NCBI GenBank assembly: GCA_048882045.1 | Contig: JBHLRZ010000032.1 | Location: 1 to 39,745, forward strand | Origin: Candidatus Thorarchaeota archaeon | Lineage (GTDB): Archaea > Asgardarchaeota > Thorarchaeia > Thorarchaeales > Thorarchaeaceae | Direction of reading: 5' to 3' | Length of the DNA stretch: 39,745 nucleotides | Shown here: positions 8,600 to 16,813 of the stretch, in pieces | Numbering within the stretch: position 1 is the first letter of the stretch | How the letters are laid out: each line of letters opens with the position of its first letter | The notes under the pieces: generated by a model | The model's database searches: none | What the model was told of the DNA's origin: nothing | What the model saw: only the letters and a program-made list of their open reading frames with translations | Translations under genes and position numbers: made by a program

Positions 8600-9184
8600 G
8601 TGTTTTTCACATTGTCAGATAATCCTGAGAAGATAGAGATTCCTTCTATTGTTCTCAAAACACGTTCATTACTTGCTCTTCGAGGTTTCACAACAACTGA
8701 ATTGCTTGAGTACGAAAATCGCTACGCGATGCATCCTACTCGGAAGTCTAAAGATGCTACCTTGAAGTACACTATTTGGATCCTTAAGGAGGCGAAAGTT
8801 GTAGGTGTTGCCATTATTCGAGAACTTGTTAAGGAGATGGAAGAAAACCTCTCCCAGAGAGGAATGCTTGTTGGCGGCGCGAGGTTTACACCTGCTTCGA
8901 AAAAGTACGCGAAAGCTTCTCGTGTAGAGCTTGTTGAGGGGAATTATGCCTCCTTCGACCTATTTGACCATGAGATGGTACCAGCTCACGTGATTGCTGA
9001 GGAAGGGGAAGTCAACATGGTTCTAGAGCATTATGGAATCAACAAGACACATCTTCCTAGAATCCAAGTCAGGGATCCTGCTGCTCGTGTTCTAGGAGCA
9101 AGACCTGGACAGGTCATCCGAGTCGAACGTGATAGTCCAACAGCAGGAAGGACATACTACTATCGGTTAGTTGTTGATTCATGA
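8600..9184 (+). CDS. rpo5: RNA polymerase subunit Rpo5/RpoH with Rpb5-like N-terminal domain, copy 2
   Basis: Gap-free alignment to copy 1 (~65% identity by hand count); HEMVPAH...LPRIQVRDPAARVLGARPGQVIRVERDSPTAG..YYRLVV. Start may be TTG 8612. Confidence 0.92.
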   Translation: MFFTLSDNPEKIEIPSIVLKTRSLLALRGFTTTELLEYENRYAMHPTRKSKDATLKYTIWILKEAKVVGVAIIRELVKEMEENLSQRGMLVGGARFTPASKKYAKASRVELVEGNYASFDLFDHEMVPAHVIAEEGEVNMVLEHYGINKTHLPRIQVRDPAARVLGARPGQVIRVERDSPTAGRTYYYRLVVDS

Positions 9185-9193
9185 TCTTAGCAG

Positions 9194-9970
9194 TCAGTAC
9201 GTTAGGGGCGGAAGCATCAATAAAAATGCAATGAACATCACCAGACAAGTAATCATAGGTAGTGTGATGTTGTCTGTCCCCTTTGGACTCAGAAACTCAA
9301 CAACTGTTCCGGTTATTGCACCTACCAATGCTAAACCTATCATCATAGACCATAGGATGATGCCACCACTCCCGATGAACGCACTACTTGAAATGATTCC
9401 AAACCACCAGAATGCAACAAGTGAACCTATGAAGCCGAAGACAAAGACAGCCAGAGTTCCAGGAATACTCCTGTTTGATCCGAAGACGACTCTAGTGGAG
9501 TTGGCACCATATTTCATTCCAATTGGTGCTGACATTCCATCTCCGAGCATCATTATATGAATGGCAGCTGCTGGAATAAAGTAGAGATCCTGCCAACCTA
9601 TGAAAGTGAAGTACCCTGTAAGTATTGTGATTGAAACCGCATACCAGAAAGGTCCTCTCACACTGTTGTTCTCCAAATCTTCAGGTCGTGCCATGGCTGC
9701 AAAGAACCCACTGAACCGATCCGTGTTTGCCAGTCCTAACATGATAACAAATGTAAGAGCGACCAATGTCGCTACCCATGGATGAGGATAATAAGGCACT
9801 GTCCAAATCGCTGCACCTGCGAATAAATGCACGATTCTCCTAGTGGATTCAGAACCCAAGTTCAATTTCTTTCTTGCAAGGTCTGCAATGGTGAGTACAA
9901 TCACCGCATAGAATACTGCAATGAAGTAGACAATGACATCGCCTAACTCTATCATAAATTCAACTTGCAT
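9194..9970 (-). CDS. CTP-dependent polyprenol (dolichol/phytol) kinase family protein
   Basis: TRRIVHL, GPFWYA, GDGMSAPIG..YG, RSIPGTLA, VEFLSPKGTDNITLP motifs; multi-TM. Confidence 0.85.
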   Translation of the reverse strand: MQVEFMIELGDVIVYFIAVFYAVIVLTIADLARKKLNLGSESTRRIVHLFAGAAIWTVPYYPHPWVATLVALTFVIMLGLANTDRFSGFFAAMARPEDLENNSVRGPFWYAVSITILTGYFTFIGWQDLYFIPAAAIHIMMLGDGMSAPIGMKYGANSTRVVFGSNRSIPGTLAVFVFGFIGSLVAFWWFGIISSSAFIGSGGIILWSMMIGLALVGAITGTVVEFLSPKGTDNITLPMITCLVMFIAFLLMLPPLTY

Positions 9971-10027
9971 TCGCGTTCCACTCTCTGTGAGTCACGAGCG
10001 CGCTGCGGGATATATCTATCGGCACTG

Positions 10028-10849
10028 TTAGAGCTTAGTAGGTTTCGATTTGAGTCCTATTTCCTTCTCTAATTCTGCAATTGCTAGTTTCACCAGTTTG
10101 TTCAATTCCGATGGATCTTCTCCTCTTGCAGAAATCCAAACTCGAAGGGTCTTGGAAGTTCCATATCTTTTTGGAAGTGATTTGATCCAAACTCTGGGAA
10201 CCTTGTTCATGACAACATCGATAGCCGGGGCAAAGACCGACTCGTCCTTGAATCGAAACTCAACCACCTCTTCGTGGAATCTCTGAGATACATGATCCTC
10301 CAACCAAGGTAACACCGAGTCTTCAAAGATGAAATGTAGTTCACTCGGCACACCTGGAAGACAGAAAATTGTTGTAGCTCTATCTTGAATCATCACACCT
10401 GGAGCTCCTCCCACTCTATTGTCAAGTGCTTTGGAGCCTTCCGGAAGCTGTGCCATCTTCTTTCTGCTTTTTGTCATCTCAGGAGCCTGAACAATTCCAT
10501 TCTCGTGAAGTTTTTTGTACTGTCTTTTGATGATCTTAATAGCCTCTGAGTTCTCAACGAGCTTCAGGTTTAGATGTTGAGATATTGCTTTCAGAGTCAT
10601 ATCGTCATGTGTTGGTCCAAGCCCTCCTGAAGTGATAATTACATCACACTGCGCTCGAACAAACTCGATAGCTTCTCCTATCTCCTCAATCTCATCTCTT
10701 ACTGTGGCTAATCGCTTAATTTCAAGTCCCAGAGGTACCAGTCGTTTCTCCATCCAGTTTGAATTTGTTTCTTGGACTTTCCCATCAAGTAATTCGTTGC
10801 CAATTGCGACGATTCCAAGGGTCCTGATTTTCTTTGTCAATAATCCCAC
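10028..10849 (-). CDS. CinA-like molybdopterin-binding domain protein (competence/damage-inducible, no PncC domain)
   Basis: IGNELLDGKVQETNS, SGGLGPTHDDMT, GGAPG, LPGVPSEL. Confidence 0.9.
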   Translation of the reverse strand: MGLLTKKIRTLGIVAIGNELLDGKVQETNSNWMEKRLVPLGLEIKRLATVRDEIEEIGEAIEFVRAQCDVIITSGGLGPTHDDMTLKAISQHLNLKLVENSEAIKIIKRQYKKLHENGIVQAPEMTKSRKKMAQLPEGSKALDNRVGGAPGVMIQDRATTIFCLPGVPSELHFIFEDSVLPWLEDHVSQRFHEEVVEFRFKDESVFAPAIDVVMNKVPRVWIKSLPKRYGTSKTLRVWISARGEDPSELNKLVKLAIAELEKEIGLKSKPTKL

Positions 10850-10852
10850 TCC

Positions 10853-11509
10853 TCATTTTGCAAGTCTTAGTTCCTCATCAAAAGCTTCTGAAAAAATTTG
10901 TAGGGTCTTCAGCCTCTTTTCAGCAATCACCTTGCCTTTTTCAGTTACAACACAATCTGAAATCGATTGTGCTAGAGGGAGAAACTCACGCATGTCATCC
11001 GCAATCTTCTTTGTACTTCTTCCCGGAAATAGCCTCCCACTATTCAGGATGCCCTGAATTATGCCTATTACCCCAAGTTTCAGAATCTTGTCTGCTTCCC
11101 ATAGAATCTGGGCTTCAATTGGTTCCAGTGGTTGCTTGAGTGTGAGACCCACATGTTTTCTTATGACATCTGAAACTTTGACGATTGTGTCATCCTCAAT
11201 TCTTTCTTGGGTCAAAATCTCTTCTGCCATTTCAGCACTGGCAATTCCATGCCTCTCGGCTGAAATCCCTCCAACTCCAGGTTTGGCGAGGTCGTGCAGC
11301 CAAGCTGCGAGAGTGATTACTTCCATGTCTGCTTGTGTCCCTTCAGCAAGATGCTTTGCAAGCTCGACAACCTCATCGATGTGATTGCCCCTGTAATTAT
11401 AGATCGGAACAAACTGACTTGTTGCAGCCTCGCTCCATTCAGCTATTGCAGCTTTTTTTGTTGAAACTTGCACGATCTCTCTGAGTCGTTGCTCAAGGCC
11501 TTCTTTCAT
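10853..11509 (-). CDS. HD-domain metal-dependent phosphohydrolase
   Basis: H...V, AAWLHDLAK, HGIASA, IRKH, EADKI. Confidence 0.9.
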   Translation of the reverse strand: MKEGLEQRLREIVQVSTKKAAIAEWSEAATSQFVPIYNYRGNHIDEVVELAKHLAEGTQADMEVITLAAWLHDLAKPGVGGISAERHGIASAEMAEEILTQERIEDDTIVKVSDVIRKHVGLTLKQPLEPIEAQILWEADKILKLGVIGIIQGILNSGRLFPGRSTKKIADDMREFLPLAQSISDCVVTEKGKVIAEKRLKTLQIFSEAFDEELRLAK

Positions 11510-11554
11510 TTTGGGTCAACAAAGGTCCACTTCATGAGGTGCTTATGAATTGTG

Positions 11555-12316
11555 TCACTTGAGAGCTGAGTACATTCTTAGAGTGTTTTCATAGATTATC
11601 TCTCTGAGTTCATCTTCCTCTCTTCTCAAGATTTCTGCAATCTTTTTCAGAGCTACAGGAAGATTCGTGGGTACATTTATCTCTCCCTTATCGGGACCTA
11701 AAACTGGACTATCTGTTTCTAAGAGAAGATGCTCGATATCTACTGCCTTCACAAGTTTTTGCTTCTGAGGTGACCGCACAACAGATGTCGGAATTGAGAA
11801 GAAGTATCCCAGCTCATGAGAAGCTCTCCTTGCATGACTAGCTTTTCCGTCATATGCATGCATGTGCACATTTGAAGCCTCACAGTCTTCCAGGACCGCG
11901 ATTGCTTTTGCTCCAGCAGATCTAGAGTGAATCTGGATGGGAAAGGATAACTCGTCAGCGAGTGCAATCATCTTACGAAAAGCAAGCTCTTGTTCTTCTC
12001 GTTCCTCATGGTCTCTCACCTGGTAGTGATCCAGTCCTATCTCTCCTATTGCGGTGATTCTTGACTTGTTTTTTCGAATGAACTCGATGGCTGCATCGAC
12101 ATCTCCAAAAGATACTGGGTGGGACCCAATAGATGCATAGACATTCTCATGGGCATCGGCAATCTTACATCCCTTCTCCCAGAGGTGTTTCTCAATTGCA
12201 GATGATATGATCTTGATGCCGCTAGTTACAGCCTGTCTGATCACTGTTTCTCGGTCCTCATCAAAGAGCTCATCCTCAAGATGACAGTGTGTGTCAACCA
12301 TCCGATACACAGACAT
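11555..12316 (-). CDS. tatD: TatD family hydrolase/DNase
   Basis: VDTHCH, GSHP, IGEIGLD, IHSR, HAYDG, LLETDSP. Confidence 0.93.
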   Translation of the reverse strand: MSVYRMVDTHCHLEDELFDEDRETVIRQAVTSGIKIISSAIEKHLWEKGCKIADAHENVYASIGSHPVSFGDVDAAIEFIRKNKSRITAIGEIGLDHYQVRDHEEREEQELAFRKMIALADELSFPIQIHSRSAGAKAIAVLEDCEASNVHMHAYDGKASHARRASHELGYFFSIPTSVVRSPQKQKLVKAVDIEHLLLETDSPVLGPDKGEINVPTNLPVALKKIAEILRREEDELREIIYENTLRMYSALK

Positions 12317-12328
12317 TCCCGGTCATCT

Positions 12329-14158
12329 CTATGTGTTTATCTCAAACCAATCAGGATATTCAGGAATTCCTCTTGCTCCGAAGTTGTAATTCCAGAAGAC
12401 CATCTCATCCCTTCCATGTTCTTCCTCGAACTCGGCCTCTCTGAATAGTCTCTCGACCGCTTCATTTCTGTCAGTCTTGATGTATTTGCCCACCAATAGA
12501 CTGGCCCCTTGTTTCTGAGCTTCATTCATCAAATATGTCAGGAATGTGGTTTCAACTGTCTTTCCCATGGCTCTGCATGAGAATGTGAGGACTTCCATGA
12601 ACCACTTGTCATCCTGCTTGTGGATTAATGAAACACCTATCAGACCGTACTCACCGTATTTGTCATCGAGATTTACGACATAGATCTCATAATCGTCTGA
12701 ACGATAGAACTCCAGGATCTCTTCTTTGGTGTATCTGATAGCTGTAGCATTCAGTTGGTTGGTTCTGAGAATGAGCTCAGTCACACGACCCAGATTTTCT
12801 GGTTTAGCCCTTCTAGGCCAGAGTTTCAGACTACATGCTCGAAGGAAAGACTCCTTGTCATAGAACTGCCGTTCAACACTCTCTCGCATCGCTTGCTGAG
12901 CATACATCTCAGCGCGTTTTGCACTCTCTCCAGTCAACTTGCCTACAGGTTCGAACTCAATTCGATTTAATGCATGGAGTATCTCTGTATCAGGTAGAAC
13001 TAAGACTTGCGGAAGAAATGTCTTGATTTGGTCTCTCTCATATGGATTGTCGTCAAAGAAAGCCAAAGAGTCTATACCAATGTTTAGTTCTTGGGCAATC
13101 TCTGCTAAGTTCTGCGCTTTGTCGTTCCAATTTATCTTCTTGATGGCAAACAGTTTCGAACTCTCTCCCAAGATGTCATCAACAAGTGAGACTAGTGTAC
13201 TATCGTTTTTGCTTGATATTGCGAGAACGATTCCTCGTTTTGTGAGTAGCTCAAGCGCTTTCAGTCTGTTTGAATGAAGGTTGATTCCCTCTACTCCATC
13301 ATCTCGGAGAATTCCATCCCAAAGGGTGTTGTCCAAGTCGATGACAGCACACTTTATTCTCCGACCATGACCAGTGATAACTTTGAGGTGGCCAATCAAG
13401 TCCTTCGCGACGGTGACCGCCCCATCCCTCGTGAGATGTTCATAGATTGCATCAGCATCGCTCTCACGTATCTGGTGACCGACACCTGCAGACAAGAATG
13501 CTTCATCAATGGACAGTACATACATGTCCTCCTCTTGCTTGCTCATCTCCAAGTAGAGCAGATCCAGACGTTTGAGGAACTCACGTAGACTATAGGCGTT
13601 TTCGAGGTGTTTGTAATCAAACCTGCCGTGGGCTGGTCTTATTGCAAGTGGATAATTCATGATAACGAATACAGCTGATAGTTTCTCTCGAGCAAGCTTG
13701 AAACCATTCAATAGTCTGTCCTTTGCCTGTTTCAACTGTTCTTCCTGTTTGGCAAAATCTATTGCGCCGTGTTGAATGTCGAATATGTAGTTGCGAATGT
13801 CCTGGACATCACTCACAACAACTATGCTGGGATTGAACTTGTAAATCCCTCCTTTGTCATCACCGAAAGCCAGGAATGGATTTGATGGTTCACTGTGGTC
13901 AAAGGTGTGATAGCATTGTGCTCCGTTTGCCTCGAGAAACTCCTTGATAAAGGATAGTTCACAACCTCCGACGAAACCTATTTTGAGAGATGACAGGAAC
14001 TCTTTGTCTGCATCCGATACACTTGCACTGGTAGGCGGTTTTGCAGCTCTCTGGGTTTCCTCAGTAAGTCTTCTGAGGATATAGTTTCTATACTTCTTGT
14101 CTCTGACTATCCTTCTCACGATGTTCAATATTCGTTGAGTTTGCACGACTTTCACCAT
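12329..14158 (-). CDS. fkbH: FkbH-like HAD-IIIC glyceryl-ACP synthase (SGNH-like N-terminus, HAD, GNAT-like C-terminus)
   Basis: IDLDNTLWDG, SSKND, INWNDK..N...IAQELNIG.DS..FFDDNPYER, RTNQLN, DKYGEYGLIG, SCRAMG. Confidence 0.92.
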   Translation of the reverse strand: MVKVVQTQRILNIVRRIVRDKKYRNYILRRLTEETQRAAKPPTSASVSDADKEFLSSLKIGFVGGCELSFIKEFLEANGAQCYHTFDHSEPSNPFLAFGDDKGGIYKFNPSIVVVSDVQDIRNYIFDIQHGAIDFAKQEEQLKQAKDRLLNGFKLAREKLSAVFVIMNYPLAIRPAHGRFDYKHLENAYSLREFLKRLDLLYLEMSKQEEDMYVLSIDEAFLSAGVGHQIRESDADAIYEHLTRDGAVTVAKDLIGHLKVITGHGRRIKCAVIDLDNTLWDGILRDDGVEGINLHSNRLKALELLTKRGIVLAISSKNDSTLVSLVDDILGESSKLFAIKKINWNDKAQNLAEIAQELNIGIDSLAFFDDNPYERDQIKTFLPQVLVLPDTEILHALNRIEFEPVGKLTGESAKRAEMYAQQAMRESVERQFYDKESFLRACSLKLWPRRAKPENLGRVTELILRTNQLNATAIRYTKEEILEFYRSDDYEIYVVNLDDKYGEYGLIGVSLIHKQDDKWFMEVLTFSCRAMGKTVETTFLTYLMNEAQKQGASLLVGKYIKTDRNEAVERLFREAEFEEEHGRDEMVFWNYNFGARGIPEYPDWFEINT

Positions 14159-14165
14159 GTTGGGC

Positions 14166-15062
14166 TTAGTTCCACCAGTCAGGATGTATCAGAACCTGTA
14201 CGATTTGACCAACCTTAGCTTCATATAGTCTATTAAAGCGGTATAACACCTTCTTGTCTTTTAATCGCTTTCCACCTGCGTCACTAAGATACATGTCAGA
14301 CTGCACATCATATGCTGATGAGATCTGAAGCGCTTCTTTGTCCACGTTTTCCCATATTTCCCTATTCTTGTATTCCTTCTGTCCGTGTGCAGCCACAACA
14401 CCCATCGGGGCAATCTCCCGAAGTTTCTCAATGTCTTTGCCAAGCAATTCTATTGCCTTCTTTTTGTCACCTTTTGCAACGCTTAGTGTTTCGTAATGAA
14501 GACCGATTTTGAATCCATCATCAACCAGCTTTTTGATTACAGGCACTGCTTCCTCAAAGCAATATTTCTCAGCATGTAAACGAAAGAAGTATGTTGCAGG
14601 TATTCCTAGTTCCGCCTGCACTTCCGCCATCTTGATGGTTCGAGGTAGTGATATGTCAACATCATGACGGAGAATCACATTGACCTTTTCCTGGTTGATG
14701 AGCCCACTTTCATACTCGTCGAACGTAATGACTGAATACCTCTCTTTACTGATAGTAATCATCAAATCTCTGAATTTGTCAATGGAGTATTCTTCTTTCC
14801 ACCAAGTAGCGAAGAGCTCAAGGAAGAGACATATGGTCGCCATAATTGTACAAACCCAAAATGTGGTCAGAGAAGTTGTAGGCCACGGCCACACAAAGGC
14901 TGGCAGAAACCACAGTATCATTGGAATGAGGGTGAGGAAGGGATAGAATCGAAGCATATCGAACAATTGTGTTGCATATCGGTACTGCATGACCAATGAA
15001 AAGCCAACGAACCCCGTTATTGCCACTGATGACACTATCAGAACTATGTCAAGGGGGTCCAT
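14166..15062 (-). CDS. Membrane-anchored polysaccharide deacetylase-like (NodB/CE4-like) protein
   Basis: Three N-terminal TM helices, then LRHDVD, ATYFFR, GLHYE, AAHG, LIHPDWW. Start placed at ATG 15062 after GAGGT; the ORF extends to 15116. Confidence 0.7.
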   Translation of the reverse strand: MDPLDIVLIVSSVAITGFVGFSLVMQYRYATQLFDMLRFYPFLTLIPMILWFLPAFVWPWPTTSLTTFWVCTIMATICLFLELFATWWKEEYSIDKFRDLMITISKERYSVITFDEYESGLINQEKVNVILRHDVDISLPRTIKMAEVQAELGIPATYFFRLHAEKYCFEEAVPVIKKLVDDGFKIGLHYETLSVAKGDKKKAIELLGKDIEKLREIAPMGVVAAHGQKEYKNREIWENVDKEALQISSAYDVQSDMYLSDAGGKRLKDKKVLYRFNRLYEAKVGQIVQVLIHPDWWN

Positions 15063-15210
15063 CTTGTTATACCTCAGGCTGCTCACATTTTTGCAGCGAT
15101 ATAACCATTGTGACACACATCATGAGTGTTTTCTAAAAAGATTCCAAGCTTTCGAGAGGAAACACTTTTCCTGAGAATCGAGAGAACTAACACTCGTTGG
15201 AGCTGCAATC

Positions 15211-16044
15211 TTGTTGATGGATATCATTCAAGGAGAACAAATCGTTAAACTATCCTCTGATACACAGATTGATCTACTTGTCCAAGGCAGTGGAAAGCCT
15301 GTAATGTGGTTACATTCAGGGTTTCGAGGGAGAATTGGGCTTGGGAACCTGATTTCCACTGTTGAAAGAAAACTCAATCAAGCTGACATACACTGGCTAA
15401 ACATAATTCCCAATCTTCCGGGATTTGGCGAAAGCACATCGACCTCCTCTCAGAACAATAATCCATATGAATTGACAGAAAATATCGAGGAACTCGTTAC
15501 TCTTCTTGATTATCCTTCTATCGATATCATAGGATTCAGCCTTGGAGCAAATGTCGCATCTATTTTGGTAAATAGGATACCTGATAGAATTCGCAGAGTT
15601 GTGCTTCTTGGAACTGCAGTTGAAGGAAGGAGTCTTGATGTCTACAGAAAATTGTTGGAATTATATGATAGAGAGGACTGGGAGGGTATTGTCAACGAAA
15701 TAGCTTTGAGTCTTGTTGGTAGGAAAAACCGAAGACAGTATCTCAAGATGATGCCTCTTGTAAAGAAACAGGTAGCTTCTGAGAGGTTTGCGATTGATCT
15801 TACACGGATTCTCTCTTCAGGAGTTCGGTTGGACATTTTCAGTGAACTGGAGAAGATTCCGCATCCAACACTTATGATCTCAGGAGAAGACGACCCCTTT
15901 AGACCAACTCCAAAGCGACTTGAAGTTCTGCAGAAGAAGGAAAATATCAAACTGATTCTTCTTGAAGGGATTGGTCATAATGAGATGGTCTTCCCAAGAC
16001 AAATCGATCTTTCAGATCAAATCCTAGAGTTTCTTGAGGACTGA
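15211..16044 (+). CDS. Alpha/beta hydrolase (possible thioesterase/esterase)
   Basis: NLPGFGES, nucleophile GFSLG, SGEDD acid, GIGHNE His. Confidence 0.88.
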   Translation: MLMDIIQGEQIVKLSSDTQIDLLVQGSGKPVMWLHSGFRGRIGLGNLISTVERKLNQADIHWLNIIPNLPGFGESTSTSSQNNNPYELTENIEELVTLLDYPSIDIIGFSLGANVASILVNRIPDRIRRVVLLGTAVEGRSLDVYRKLLELYDREDWEGIVNEIALSLVGRKNRRQYLKMMPLVKKQVASERFAIDLTRILSSGVRLDIFSELEKIPHPTLMISGEDDPFRPTPKRLEVLQKKENIKLILLEGIGHNEMVFPRQIDLSDQILEFLED

Positions 16045-16811
16045 ACAGCAAGAGTGAGTAAGTAATCCATATTGTGAACAAAGAACACAGGTATACCTAG
16101 CAGGGACTGTTCTGTTAGAGGTGCGACTGTAATTCTTTCTCTTTCTACAGACAATTTGAATTCAAGAGGTGATTTTGACTGTAAAGAAGAAGTCGCTTTG
16201 TATCCAGCTTCCAATGCTGACCATATAGCAGTATGGGCGAATTTCAAGTTAAAGTCAGGATGTGACTTCATCATTAAATTGGTTATTCGACTGATGTCCA
16301 TTTCCGTGTGGTTTTTTGCAATTCGTCTAGCAAGACCGGAGTGACTCGTCTGTTTTTCAATATCCAATCCTATATCACCCTCTCTAATACATGCAGCAAC
16401 TAGATACTCTCCTTTGTGACTGATAGACGCTGCACCTTCAAAGCTGACTTCGGAGTCTTTGAAATTGAAAAAAGGTCTTCCCTCTGAGTCGTTTTTAACA
16501 GTGATTTCTTGATACTTTATTGAGTCCCTTTCCCAAACGTCCTGTAGACAACGTTTGGCTAATACTCTTCCAACATAGTACTGCATCCTTCGACCGTCGT
16601 GCTTGAACTTAGTGAATCTTTGGATCTCGAATTTGGAAAGATGATTTTGCATGACCAAATCAGAAGGGCTCTTTCGAATGAGTGTGCAACCGTGTACAGA
16701 AAGCCCCAAATTTGTTTGTAAAAGCCGAGTATCTTCACTGAATGGAATCCTGTTATCAACCAACTTGCTGAAAGATCTCCTCAAAATCTCTAGCTCTTCC
16801 CTTTCAAGCAA
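16017..16811 (-). CDS. Sfp-type 4'-phosphopantetheinyl transferase
   Basis: GRVLAK, DSEGRP, SISHK, IGLDIEK, WSALEAGYKA. Confidence 0.87.
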   Translation of the reverse strand: MLEREELEILRRSFSKLVDNRIPFSEDTRLLQTNLGLSVHGCTLIRKSPSDLVMQNHLSKFEIQRFTKFKHDGRRMQYYVGRVLAKRCLQDVWERDSIKYQEITVKNDSEGRPFFNFKDSEVSFEGAASISHKGEYLVAACIREGDIGLDIEKQTSHSGLARRIAKNHTEMDISRITNLMMKSHPDFNLKFAHTAIWSALEAGYKATSSLQSKSPLEFKLSVERERITVAPLTEQSLLGIPVFFVHNMDYLLTLAVQSSRNSRI

Positions 16812-16813
16812 AC

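Noticed and set aside
7989-9184. Mrr-like restriction endonuclease defence genes
   Set aside because: The fold similarity is explained by the Rpb5 jaw domain; no convincing PD-(D/E)xK catalytic set and no methylase.
7989-9184. Assembly artefact duplication
   Set aside because: About one third of residues differ, mostly conservatively, so this is an old true paralogy.
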